From: Candidatus Poribacteria bacterium
GTDB lineage: Bacteria > Poribacteria > WGA-4E > WGA-3G
DNA length: 64,000 nucleotides
Assembly (NCBI GenBank): GCA_965205025.1
Contig: CBDBFU010000015.1
Span: 320,001-384,000 of the forward strand
Direction: 5' to 3'
The translations under genes were made by a program, and so were the position numbers. The notes beneath the pieces were generated by a model, which had not been told where the DNA came from, ran no database searches, and saw only the letters and a program-made list of their open reading frames with translations. This document shows positions 18,798 to 28,277 of this stretch, one piece after another. Numbering within the stretch: position 1 is the first letter of the stretch; every line of letters starts with the position of its first letter.

Positions 18798-20735
18798 CTA
18801 ATCACCACCAGTCGCGGGTGCATGTTCAGGTTGTGCTTGTGGAATCCAATCTGATTCTTCTCCAGGGACACTATATTCATAAGGTCCTCGGTATACAGTA
18901 GGAATTTGTGCAAAATTGCCATGTGGTACAGGAGTCGGTGCTTCCCATTCCAATGTAGTTACATTCCATGGATTCTTTTCTGCGACCTTGCCACGCGCCA
19001 TACTCCAGAAGAAGTTGAATAAAAGGATTAATTGGGCAAAACCGAGTGTAAAAGCACTCATCGTTATAAAGATATTAATACCTTGTAATCCTTGCAAGAA
19101 CTCGTACTGCATTGGATTTGAAATCCGACGCATATGTCCACCAACGCCGAGTATGTGCATTGGGAAAAATGTGCAATTGAAAGAGATGAATGTTAACCAG
19201 AAATGTATTTTTGATAAGGTATCATTCATATATCTTCCATACATTTTTGGGAACCAGTAGATGATTCCGCCAAAGATTGCAAAGAGACTTCCCCCGAAAA
19301 CAACATAGTGAATATGTGCAACAATGTAGTAGGTATCATGAATATAGATATCTACCGGTGTGTTTGCCATGTAGATACCACTCAATCCACCAATTACGAA
19401 CATTGAAACGAAGGCGATACCATGTAGCATAGGTGTTGTAAACCGTATAGAACCACGGAACAACGTACCCAACCAGTTGAATGTCTTAATAGCCGAAGGG
19501 ACAGCAATAAGCATTGTTGTGGTCATGAAAAATGCCCCAAGACCAGGTTGCATACCACTTTGGAACATATGGTGTCCCCAAACAATCCAACCCAAGAATG
19601 CGATTGCAATCATAGCATACACCATAGAGCGATAACCGAAGATTGGTTTTCTTGAGAAGACTGGAAGAATCTCAGAGGCGATACCCATTCCGGGTAAAAT
19701 AAGGATGTATACTTCAGGGTGTCCGAAAAACCAGAACAAGTGTTGCCACAGTAGCGGGTCACCTCCCCCTTCAGCGGTTGAAGTGAAGAATGTTGTTCCG
19801 GCAAGTCTATCAAAGATGAGAAGTGCTAATGCTGAGGACAGTACGGGAAATGCCAGTAGCAGAAGGATTGCGACGACAAATAAGGACCATATAACTAATG
19901 GTAACCGGAAAAAGGTCATTCCCGGTGCACGCATATTTATTACAGTTGTAATATAGTTAATCGAACCTACTAATGATGAGAATCCTTGAATTAACAGACT
20001 GATTGCCCATAGATTTTGTCCCCAATCGACACCTGTCCACTGCGGATCAGCGGATAGCGGGGCATATCCAGTCCAACCGGCTGCAGCGTGTCCTCCCGGT
20101 ACAAAAAAGCCTGCGGTCATTATAACTGCTGCCAGTACAGCCAGCCAGAAAGAGAGCATATTTAGAACTGGGAACGCCATATCCCGTGTTCCAATCATCA
20201 GTGGAATTAGGAAGTTCCCAAATGCCCCCACAAGGATTGGCACAACAACGAAAAAGACCATAATGGTGGCATGCATTGTAAATAGCATGTTGTAGAACGC
20301 AGGTTCAATAACACCACTTGGCATGTTAACTTCGATCCATTCTTCCTTATCCGAATCGAAGATCTTTTCCCACATCTTATCAGCCCCGGTGACAACTTCT
20401 CCTTCATCAATATACTGTTGAGAAGCCCCGATTATGGGAAGAGGTTTTTCTGGGTAAGCAAGTTGCCATCTAAAGAGTAAGGCAAGTCCACCACCTACAA
20501 AGAACATAATCAGACCGTAGATAAGGAATTGCTTCCCAATCATCTTGTGGTCAAGTGAGAAGATATATTTACTTATGAAACTTTCTTCGTGATGATGGTC
20601 ATGGTCGTGTTCGTGGTCATGGTCGTGATCATGGTCAACATCATGGTCATGTGATTCTGTAGCATTGTCACCATTCGCAGGCAGATGGTGTTCATCATTA
20701 TCATTTTCATGTGACATATTTTCATTTTCTTGCAT
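18798..20735 (-). CDS. ctaD: cytochrome c oxidase subunit I, A1 type, with His-rich N-terminus
   Basis: DHK.IG, TMHAT, RDMAFP (D-channel), FWFFGHPEVY, WGHH, AHIHY, K-channel Lys in AIKTF. Confidence 0.97.
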   Translation of the reverse strand: MQENENMSHENDNDEHHLPANGDNATESHDHDVDHDHDHDHEHDHDHHHEESFISKYIFSLDHKMIGKQFLIYGLIMFFVGGGLALLFRWQLAYPEKPLPIIGASQQYIDEGEVVTGADKMWEKIFDSDKEEWIEVNMPSGVIEPAFYNMLFTMHATIMVFFVVVPILVGAFGNFLIPLMIGTRDMAFPVLNMLSFWLAVLAAVIMTAGFFVPGGHAAAGWTGYAPLSADPQWTGVDWGQNLWAISLLIQGFSSLVGSINYITTVINMRAPGMTFFRLPLVIWSLFVVAILLLLAFPVLSSALALLIFDRLAGTTFFTSTAEGGGDPLLWQHLFWFFGHPEVYILILPGMGIASEILPVFSRKPIFGYRSMVYAMIAIAFLGWIVWGHHMFQSGMQPGLGAFFMTTTMLIAVPSAIKTFNWLGTLFRGSIRFTTPMLHGIAFVSMFVIGGLSGIYMANTPVDIYIHDTYYIVAHIHYVVFGGSLFAIFGGIIYWFPKMYGRYMNDTLSKIHFWLTFISFNCTFFPMHILGVGGHMRRISNPMQYEFLQGLQGINIFITMSAFTLGFAQLILLFNFFWSMARGKVAEKNPWNVTTLEWEAPTPVPHGNFAQIPTVYRGPYEYSVPGEESDWIPQAQPEHAPATGGD

Positions 20736-20802
20736 AATTATCTTTACTCCTTTCGTAACCTATCAATCCTAAACCTGTTATGTTAGGTCACTCCTATAGA
20801 GT

Positions 20803-21471
20803 TTATTGAGGAGGCCACCTTTCTGCCTTCCAAGCATCGTAATCGGCTTGTGAATGAACAGTTAGATATCCAAGCATACCAGAATGTTGGAATCCACATA
20901 GTTCAGCACATGGAATTTCAAATTTACCTGGTTTCGTTGCTTCAAACCAGACAGTGATGAATCTGTTTGGTAATGCATCCTGTTTTAGTCGTAAATTTGG
21001 AACAAAAAAACTATGGATTACATCAATGGATGTTAGGTGTATATGTACAACTTTGTCTTCAGGAACATGTAATTGGTTTTCTAATTCGAGGTCATCTTCA
21101 GTGCCAAATTCACCATCTGGACCTGGATAAGTCATATCCCAGTTAAATTGTTTGGCACTAACCTGAACTATAACTTCTGGAGGTGGTAAATCTGTTGGTG
21201 ATTTTATTTTATTCCATTGTGGATAACTAAACAAAGCTAAACCAAAAACAATAACCGTTGTCACAGTTGTCCAAAGAATTTCTAACTTTGTACTACCCTC
21301 AATATAGGTTGCCTTATGTCCTGGTCTGTGACGGTATAAGATGAGAAAAGCAATGAGTGTAACCGTCACCGAAATAAAGGCAATCAAAGTAATCCAATAG
21401 ATTAACATGAAGAGTTCATCAACGCCTTGTCCGAACGTTGAGACGTTTTCAGGGAGCCATTTGTCCATCAA
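20803..21471 (-). CDS. ctaC: cytochrome c oxidase subunit II
   Basis: LEILWT, DVIHSF, CuA motif CAELCGFQHSGM; no fused cytochrome c. Confidence 0.95.
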   Translation of the reverse strand: MMDKWLPENVSTFGQGVDELFMLIYWITLIAFISVTVTLIAFLILYRHRPGHKATYIEGSTKLEILWTTVTTVIVFGLALFSYPQWNKIKSPTDLPPPEVIVQVSAKQFNWDMTYPGPDGEFGTEDDLELENQLHVPEDKVVHIHLTSIDVIHSFFVPNLRLKQDALPNRFITVWFEATKPGKFEIPCAELCGFQHSGMLGYLTVHSQADYDAWKAERWPPQ

Positions 21472-21547
21472 ATTCTCCTTAACATGTGCACATTAATTTG
21501 TTTTGCCACTTTATTTAAAGTGCACTTTGAATTCTTTTCCGAATCGT

Positions 21548-22330
21548 TCAAATTCTTTTGGAGGACGCTGTTAACGTAGCCCCCAAATAAGTCAATACAC
21601 AAAAAATAGATATAATAATTATAGAGAGTGTCAAAGATGGTATGTTCTCCATCTGTTGATATGTGTTTTTATATATACCAGACCTAAAAGCTGCAAGTCC
21701 GTATGTCAAAGGATTTAATTTCATAACCCATTCCAACCAGATGGGTGTTCCAACAGTTGGGAAGAATGCCCCTGAGAGCAACCAAATGGGGATGAGTATA
21801 AGGTTCATTATTGCATGAAAACCTTGTGTAGAATCCATTCGCCATGCAATGATTAAACCAAGGTTCGTTAAACCAAACGCCAAAAGTGCCATTACACCAA
21901 CAGTAATTATGATGGATGTAATGCTGAATTTAATACCGATTAGCGGTGCAAGACATAGTAGAAGGATACCTTGAAGAAGTGCTAATGATGTTCCACCTAA
22001 AGCCTGTCCGAGCACAATACTTCCGCGTGACACAGGCGATACGAGTACACTTTGAAGGAATCCTTCACGGCGTTCATTTACGACAGAGATTGTAGCGAAT
22101 ATGGCTGTGAAAAGCAATACTAAAACAACTATGCCGGGATAAAAGTATTCAATATATCCTATATCTTCATTGAATCCTGACGGTTGAAATGATGCATTAA
22201 GACCGCTACCAATGAGAATCCAAAATACTAAGGGTTGTGCGATAGCACTGAGAAGTCTACTTCGCTGACGATAAAATCTGATGATTTCGCGCCACCAGAT
22301 AGTTGAAACTGGTACCAGAATGTTAACCAC
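21548..22330 (-). CDS. ABC-2 type transporter permease
   Basis: WWREIIRF, ERREG, LSGAFFP, NPLTYG; six TM segments. Confidence 0.9.
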   Translation of the reverse strand: MVNILVPVSTIWWREIIRFYRQRSRLLSAIAQPLVFWILIGSGLNASFQPSGFNEDIGYIEYFYPGIVVLVLLFTAIFATISVVNERREGFLQSVLVSPVSRGSIVLGQALGGTSLALLQGILLLCLAPLIGIKFSITSIIITVGVMALLAFGLTNLGLIIAWRMDSTQGFHAIMNLILIPIWLLSGAFFPTVGTPIWLEWVMKLNPLTYGLAAFRSGIYKNTYQQMENIPSLTLSIIIISIFCVLTYLGATLTASSKRI

Positions 22331-22342
22331 TTTGTGTATTCC

Positions 22343-23260
22343 TTACACAAATTTGTTTCCTGTCAACTTAATAAAGACATCTTCCAAAGTAGGTTTGCTC
22401 AACCGAACACTCAGTATGTCATCAGGAAAAGCTACCATTATATCTTTTACGAATTCATTAGCACGAGTAGATTCAATATGTATGAAATCTTCAGTTATTG
22501 TAGTAGAAACACCAAACTTATCCTCAATCGCATTAGATAAGGATCGACTATTTCTTGTCTCTACCGACACCACATCTCCCCCAATTTTTGATTTGAGTTC
22601 GTCAGGAGTTCCGAGTGCAACTAATCGTCCTTCATCCAATATAGCAACTCGAGTACATTCATCCGCTTCATCCATGAGATGGGTTGTGAGTAAAATAGAA
22701 ATATCTTCATTCTCTGCCAAAATAGAAAGATATTCACTCAGTTGTTTTCGAACTCCTATGTCCAACCCACTACTTGGTTCGTCAAGTAATAATACTTGTG
22801 GAGAATGAAGTAGTGCTTTTGCTATTTCTACTCGTCTTTGTAATCCTCCAGATAATTCTTCTACAAGATCTTTTTTTCTATCATTTAAATCAAACTGAAT
22901 TAGAAGTTCATTGATCTTGTGGTTAAGTTGTCTACCTCTAAGTCCGTATAAATGTCCTTGATGTCTTAAATTCTCAATAACAGTTAACTTAACATCCAAT
23001 GCTGGACGTTGAAAAACAACCCCTAATAGTTTTCTAATTAATTTCTGTTCTGTATATATGTCATGTCCAAATATATTGATAACCCCTGCAGTTGGTGTTA
23101 TCAATGTAGACAGAATCTTAAAAAGGGTTGTCTTACCACTCCCATTTGGACCGAGAAATCCAAATACTTCGCCACGGGATACGGAGAAATTAACATGATC
23201 TAACGCACACCGTGTGTCGTAAGTGTGCGTTAGATTTTCAACCGTAATATGATTACTCAC
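22343..23260 (-). CDS. ABC transporter ATP-binding protein (DrrA-like)
   Basis: GPNGSGKTT, LSGG, LLLDEP, TTH, PTLEDVF. Confidence 0.93.
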   Translation of the reverse strand: MSNHITVENLTHTYDTRCALDHVNFSVSRGEVFGFLGPNGSGKTTLFKILSTLITPTAGVINIFGHDIYTEQKLIRKLLGVVFQRPALDVKLTVIENLRHQGHLYGLRGRQLNHKINELLIQFDLNDRKKDLVEELSGGLQRRVEIAKALLHSPQVLLLDEPSSGLDIGVRKQLSEYLSILAENEDISILLTTHLMDEADECTRVAILDEGRLVALGTPDELKSKIGGDVVSVETRNSRSLSNAIEDKFGVSTTITEDFIHIESTRANEFVKDIMVAFPDDILSVRLSKPTLEDVFIKLTGNKFV

Positions 23261-23266
23261 ACCATG

Positions 23267-24055
23267 CTACTTGTTAACTTTTACAGAAAAATCCTGCTTG
23301 GTTTCTTCACCAGATTTGACAGTTACGGACATTGGGTCTTTATTATTATTGCCACAGTATTCATGCCAATACCCTAATTTATATGTTCCAGCCGGAACAT
23401 CTTCGAGTGTGAATTCACCCTTCTCATTTGTCACTGCAAAGTATGGATGTGGTACATAAGCGATCCACGCCTTCATCCAACCGTGTATATCACACTTCAC
23501 TTCTACGGGACCTTCAGCTTTTTTGACACCGGGGAGTGGCATTCTTCTCCGGGTTTTTGTTTGCTGCTTGTTTACCGGTTTATTGACAGAACTGAATATA
23601 TGAACGTTATGATTAATTTTATCAGTATTTAACATCGTTATGCGTTCACCTACTGGGACAATTTGGACATGTGGACTGAATTTACATCCCTTTTGGTCAA
23701 TTTCTATTTTTGCTTCTTTGTCAAAATCTTTTCCTTTGGAAATGTCGATCAAGTAGACAATCGTATTTTTCAATACATTTCCTTCACCGACGACAAGGGA
23801 TTCATCAAACTTATCTTCAGCACCACAAACCTTTTCGTCCTTAGTAATTTCAAGCTTTTTCTTTTCAGGTATTTCACCGTTGAACTTAACAACACCTGTG
23901 ATTTTACCACCAGCACTAACTGACATTGTAGTATACTTTTCTGGAAATACAAGTTTATTCATATCTTCATCTTTCTCGTGATGGGATGCGAAAACAATTA
24001 GACCAAAACTACACACGAGAAGAACTGCAAGTGAAGTCAACAATTTAGTCTTCAT
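23267..24055 (-). CDS. secreted cupredoxin-like / carboxypeptidase-regulatory-like domain protein
   Basis: Signal peptide; DQKGC.F.P, HNVH, CDIHGWM, then GEFTLEDVPAG.Y. Confidence 0.75.
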   Translation of the reverse strand: MKTKLLTSLAVLLVCSFGLIVFASHHEKDEDMNKLVFPEKYTTMSVSAGGKITGVVKFNGEIPEKKKLEITKDEKVCGAEDKFDESLVVGEGNVLKNTIVYLIDISKGKDFDKEAKIEIDQKGCKFSPHVQIVPVGERITMLNTDKINHNVHIFSSVNKPVNKQQTKTRRRMPLPGVKKAEGPVEVKCDIHGWMKAWIAYVPHPYFAVTNEKGEFTLEDVPAGTYKLGYWHEYCGNNNKDPMSVTVKSGEETKQDFSVKVNK

Positions 24056-24147
24056 TTTTTATCTCCTTAGTATTCGATGCACATTTGTTTATATGATGCA
24101 CCATTATTAACTGTATATCTAATTAAGATGTATGATATATCTTATGT

Positions 24148-25887
24148 TTACTGCTCTATATCTTTTTCAACAGATACAGAGTTTCTTCGTAGAACAAATC
24201 CGCGTAAACCGAACAATAAACCAACAGAAAGTAGAGCAACGATGGGTGGATAGATGAATCGTCTGGATGATGGAACAGGTTCCAATACAAAAGAATACCA
24301 ACTCGACATTACTCTTTTTATGTCTTTATCCCCATTCGCACCATCCCATGCTGAAAATGCGATTGGAACAAAAACACCCGATTCAAGTTGTAGATCTTTT
24401 TTGTCATCAGTTGCTAACGTTCGTTTTACCCATAACCTATATTGTCCGTTGTCGTATTCACCCTTGACATTTAGGTCGCCTTGCTTCTCTTGAACAGTTA
24501 CATTATTGACTCCTTTTACTGTTAGTTCTGTAATCTGATCTTTTGCAGAAGCTTTCCATTGCCAAACATAGACAGCCTTTTTTCCTCCCCATAGGAAATA
24601 AGGCTTTTCATCCGTTGGACTTTTGGGAGGTTTTACTGGAAACTGAATTGCAATTCCATCCTCATAGGATGTGCCTGTATCTTCGTTTTCTTCCATTTCA
24701 GTATTATGTGTCCGATCATCCCAAATAAAAAGGAAAGCAACTTCTGTATCGTTATAAAAGGACTTTACTCTTACAGAGTCAATCGTTGGATTGAATTGTC
24801 GTGGTTCAATAACAACCTGTCCAACAAGAGGATAATAACTTTCTTGAAGTGTATCCCATGCCTCATCACCTAATATTGGAAGATCCTCCGTCCTGTACTG
24901 TGATCGTAGGACGTTGTTTCCGATAGCAGTTTCAGGACGTTTTTCAGGTGAAAGAGATTTCACATAGTTTGCGAGATGCCAACTTTTTTCATAGACGATT
25001 TTCATTGCATCATCATAAATTTTTTGTGCTTCAGGTGTGAGTTCAGTTCCTTCAGCCAGATCTAATAGTGCCTCTACAGCTACATCCATTTTCTCATATA
25101 ATTTACCTGACTCTTCCTCCTCTTCAGGTGTCATTTCATCTTTATTTTCCATTTCAGAAAGTCGTTTAGATTCTTCTTTTGTTAATCCGAAATGTTCAAA
25201 ACTATCCCCTTCAAAAGCTGGCATAGGCGATCCTGCAATTCCACCAATAAACCTTTTAAATATATCCTCGGTATCCGTCCCTCCCCTAAAGTTCCAATTC
25301 TCAGCGAGATTTGCAGGCCATGTCCGGAATCCCCATTCATCTGTTAGTGTAGCGGCAGATGTTCCATCACCTCTTCCAACGTTTCCATGACATTCTATAC
25401 AACCTTGAGCCGTATATAGAACTTTCCCTATTTCAACACTTTCTTCCGAGTAGGGTATCTTATCTTTTAGACTGATCTGTCGAGGTGGAGTTTCACTTTC
25501 TTTAAAGCCATCATAGAAGGTCTTAATATAACTGACTACTTCCCATCGTTCATCAGCTTTGAGTTGTGTTTCCCAACCCGGCATTGACGAACCCGGCATA
25601 CCTTCCGTGATAATATCAAACAGGTCTTGATCTGTTGGAAGTTCTCCACTCTCAGTGGATCTTATTTTATATAATCCACGCGTAAAATCTCTTGGTTTTG
25701 GTAGCAGGTTTTCTGCAGCACTACCATCTCCCCGCCCTTCAATACCGTGGCAATGTGCACAACTTTCTTCATATACTTCCTTACCTTCGGCAGAAACTTC
25801 TGGAGCGTCTTGTGTATATACCTGTATTGATATAAATAAGGTAAAACCTATTAAAATAGATAGAAGGACAAATACTTTTCTAAACAC
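24148..25887 (-). CDS. diheme cytochrome c fused to an ethylbenzene-dehydrogenase gamma (EB_dh, NxrC-like) domain
   Basis: CAHCH and CIECH; C-terminal WDD..., DGIAIQFP, IAFSAWDG...K; C-terminal TM anchor; GTG start at 25887 after GGGAGG. Confidence 0.85.
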   Translation of the reverse strand: MFRKVFVLLSILIGFTLFISIQVYTQDAPEVSAEGKEVYEESCAHCHGIEGRGDGSAAENLLPKPRDFTRGLYKIRSTESGELPTDQDLFDIITEGMPGSSMPGWETQLKADERWEVVSYIKTFYDGFKESETPPRQISLKDKIPYSEESVEIGKVLYTAQGCIECHGNVGRGDGTSAATLTDEWGFRTWPANLAENWNFRGGTDTEDIFKRFIGGIAGSPMPAFEGDSFEHFGLTKEESKRLSEMENKDEMTPEEEEESGKLYEKMDVAVEALLDLAEGTELTPEAQKIYDDAMKIVYEKSWHLANYVKSLSPEKRPETAIGNNVLRSQYRTEDLPILGDEAWDTLQESYYPLVGQVVIEPRQFNPTIDSVRVKSFYNDTEVAFLFIWDDRTHNTEMEENEDTGTSYEDGIAIQFPVKPPKSPTDEKPYFLWGGKKAVYVWQWKASAKDQITELTVKGVNNVTVQEKQGDLNVKGEYDNGQYRLWVKRTLATDDKKDLQLESGVFVPIAFSAWDGANGDKDIKRVMSSWYSFVLEPVPSSRRFIYPPIVALLSVGLLFGLRGFVLRRNSVSVEKDIEQ

Positions 25888-25888
25888 T

Positions 25889-26665
25889 TTAGTGTCCCTC
25901 CCCAAACGTTCTATATCTATAACCTGTATAGTCAGATAAGAATAGGATTACATCCCAAATTTCTTCTTGTGTGAGATGATCTTCCCAAACTGGCATGGCA
26001 CTATTCCAAGGTGTTCCTGATGCTGGCAAACCTGGTCCACCTTTACTAATTCTCCAGAAGAAGAATGATTCTTGGAAGTTCGGGATAATACCGGGGTCTT
26101 GGAAGTTTGCTGGTAGTGGTTGAAGTCCGTGTGCAAAATGTCCTTGGCCATCTAAGTGATCGCCATGACAATAAAAACAGTTATCATAATAGACTCTTCT
26201 CCCATTTTCCACATGCGACTTGAATGTCTCTGGATCGTCCTTTTCATAATGGCGGTAAGGATTTTGTGCCTTCTGCATTGTATCTATGACTTCATCTTTA
26301 TATTTTAACTCAAGAGGAGGTGTAGGATGTGCATCGCGTGGATCTCCTGGTGGAGGAGTTTTTTGTGCTAAATTTGTATATGTAAATCCTGTGAGAAATA
26401 ATGGTATTGCTATGACTAAAACAAGTCGTCTGACACGGTATTGATCATTGACAAGTGTTTCATGTATAGGTCTGAGAAATTCCCGAAATCTCGAATCTTC
26501 AACCGAAACATGGACTAAAATTGCCACGAGAACTAACGCCATATACATCCCAATAACACTATTCGGAATTGGTTTAGAAATAACACCTCCAATAACAAAC
26601 TCAAGAAAAACCCAACTTACGATGGATATAACGAAACATATTGTGAATAGTGAAATGCGTTTCAT
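25889..26665 (-). CDS. membrane-anchored monoheme cytochrome c
   Basis: Three TM segments, CFYCH, WRISKGGPGLP...PWNSAMP. Confidence 0.88.
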   Translation of the reverse strand: MKRISLFTICFVISIVSWVFLEFVIGGVISKPIPNSVIGMYMALVLVAILVHVSVEDSRFREFLRPIHETLVNDQYRVRRLVLVIAIPLFLTGFTYTNLAQKTPPPGDPRDAHPTPPLELKYKDEVIDTMQKAQNPYRHYEKDDPETFKSHVENGRRVYYDNCFYCHGDHLDGQGHFAHGLQPLPANFQDPGIIPNFQESFFFWRISKGGPGLPASGTPWNSAMPVWEDHLTQEEIWDVILFLSDYTGYRYRTFGEGH

Positions 26666-26705
26666 GGGTTATCTCCTATTGTGTTATCTTCTTTGAATTA
26701 TTCTA

Positions 26706-28262
26706 CTATTCAGCGACTTCTTCGCTTGTATCGTCTGTATCTTCAGATGCTTCAGCGGATTGTGTTTCTTCTGTTGATGTTGAACCGGTCAATGTACTTA
26801 GATAAGCCAATAGATTTGCTTGGTCTACAACGGACAATAGAATTGGAAAGTTATCCGGCATTGGTGATGTGACATGAAGTTTCTTACCTGAACCAAGAAT
26901 GAACATAGTGCTACCCTCTTCAAAGTCCCAAAACGGGTCGTATGTTTCTTCACTACCATCAACCATTATTACGATTTGCTCACTATCCATATCCCCTGAG
27001 ATGAGTTCTCCAATGATTTCCTCACGATCAGCTTCCATAATACCGCGGAACTGTTGTTTTACAGCATCTTTAGAAACTGTTTGTGTAGAATCACCTACCT
27101 TTAGTGTTACACTCTCAGCAGTTTCTTCAACAATTTCTCCACTGATAGGACCGTCAGCATCAAGTGGAGTTACAGTTAATGTAAGGTAACCTCTTCCTTT
27201 AAGATTATCAAGTTCTTCTATTGGTTCTTCATCCAATTCACTCAAAAGTATAGTATGCTCAGTTTCAATCCCGGCATCATCCTTTGTTTTTACAACAATC
27301 TGTTCATTATCTTGTGAAACAAGGGTGCCTTGATATGTAATTCCATTAGCGGTTACAGTGACTTTTCCGTAACCACTGACAATCTGTGCATGGGGTAGTA
27401 GAATAGATTCTTCTATATAACGCAATTCATTGAATGCTGCGATTTCGGATAGGTCTGGAGCAGTTACAACTTCAAAATCTTCGTTTGCTTCTCCAGCATT
27501 AGGATTGACTAATCCTTGAATTTCATGACAAGAAATACATGCTTGCTTGATGAAAACTTTTTTACCTTCTTCTGGATCCCCAGAAAGTAATGGAGGAAGT
27601 GCTTCAGCTGCAGTACCGATTTCAGCTCTATCTATCGGTTCAGTGAATGGTTCAGGATCAATATCACCACCCAGACTTTGTAAAAAGGCAATAACAGCTT
27701 GAATCTCTAACTTAGAAAGTGCAATAGGGTTTTTCCATACCTCAGGCATGATTTTACCGTACCCAGGCACTAAGTATTTTCCAGGATCATAGAGCGATTC
27801 GATGAGATATTCCTTTGCTCCCATACCGGGTACACGAGTGGCGGCATTCATCCCGATATCCGTGAGATCAGGACATCTCCCTTTTGGGGCAGAGGTATCT
27901 AATGTGTGACAGGCACTACACTGTCCTTTGGTATTAAAAATAGTTAAGCCGATTTCAGCTACAGCATCCGGATCAGACCAATCTAATGATGTTACATCTC
28001 CAGTAGCAGTTGATGTATTTGGCACAAGTGCTGCTACAAAAGCATAAAACCATATCACACCCAGAGAGAAAGACACCAATTTCATAACTGGATACCATAA
28101 CACCATATTAACCAGTACAGAAATCGTAAACCATACAGACCAAGGTAAAACTTGATCGTTCTCGGTGTTGATCGGAAATGCACCAGCACCTGAAATAAAT
28201 GCTATGAAACTAATTACCATTATTATCAGAGATACAATTTTAATAAGTGTGTTCTTGGTCAT
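26706..28262 (-). CDS. membrane-anchored diheme cytochrome c with acidic beta-rich inserts
   Basis: CSACH and CISCH; N-terminal TM segments. Confidence 0.85.
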   Translation of the reverse strand: MTKNTLIKIVSLIIMVISFIAFISGAGAFPINTENDQVLPWSVWFTISVLVNMVLWYPVMKLVSFSLGVIWFYAFVAALVPNTSTATGDVTSLDWSDPDAVAEIGLTIFNTKGQCSACHTLDTSAPKGRCPDLTDIGMNAATRVPGMGAKEYLIESLYDPGKYLVPGYGKIMPEVWKNPIALSKLEIQAVIAFLQSLGGDIDPEPFTEPIDRAEIGTAAEALPPLLSGDPEEGKKVFIKQACISCHEIQGLVNPNAGEANEDFEVVTAPDLSEIAAFNELRYIEESILLPHAQIVSGYGKVTVTANGITYQGTLVSQDNEQIVVKTKDDAGIETEHTILLSELDEEPIEELDNLKGRGYLTLTVTPLDADGPISGEIVEETAESVTLKVGDSTQTVSKDAVKQQFRGIMEADREEIIGELISGDMDSEQIVIMVDGSEETYDPFWDFEEGSTMFILGSGKKLHVTSPMPDNFPILLSVVDQANLLAYLSTLTGSTSTEETQSAEASEDTDDTSEEVAE

Positions 28263-28277
28263 TCTCTTGTCCTCTGT

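Noticed and set aside
24148-25887. EB_dh protein as evidence for nitrite oxidation or ethylbenzene degradation
   Set aside because: No molybdopterin alpha or Fe-S beta subunit in the window.
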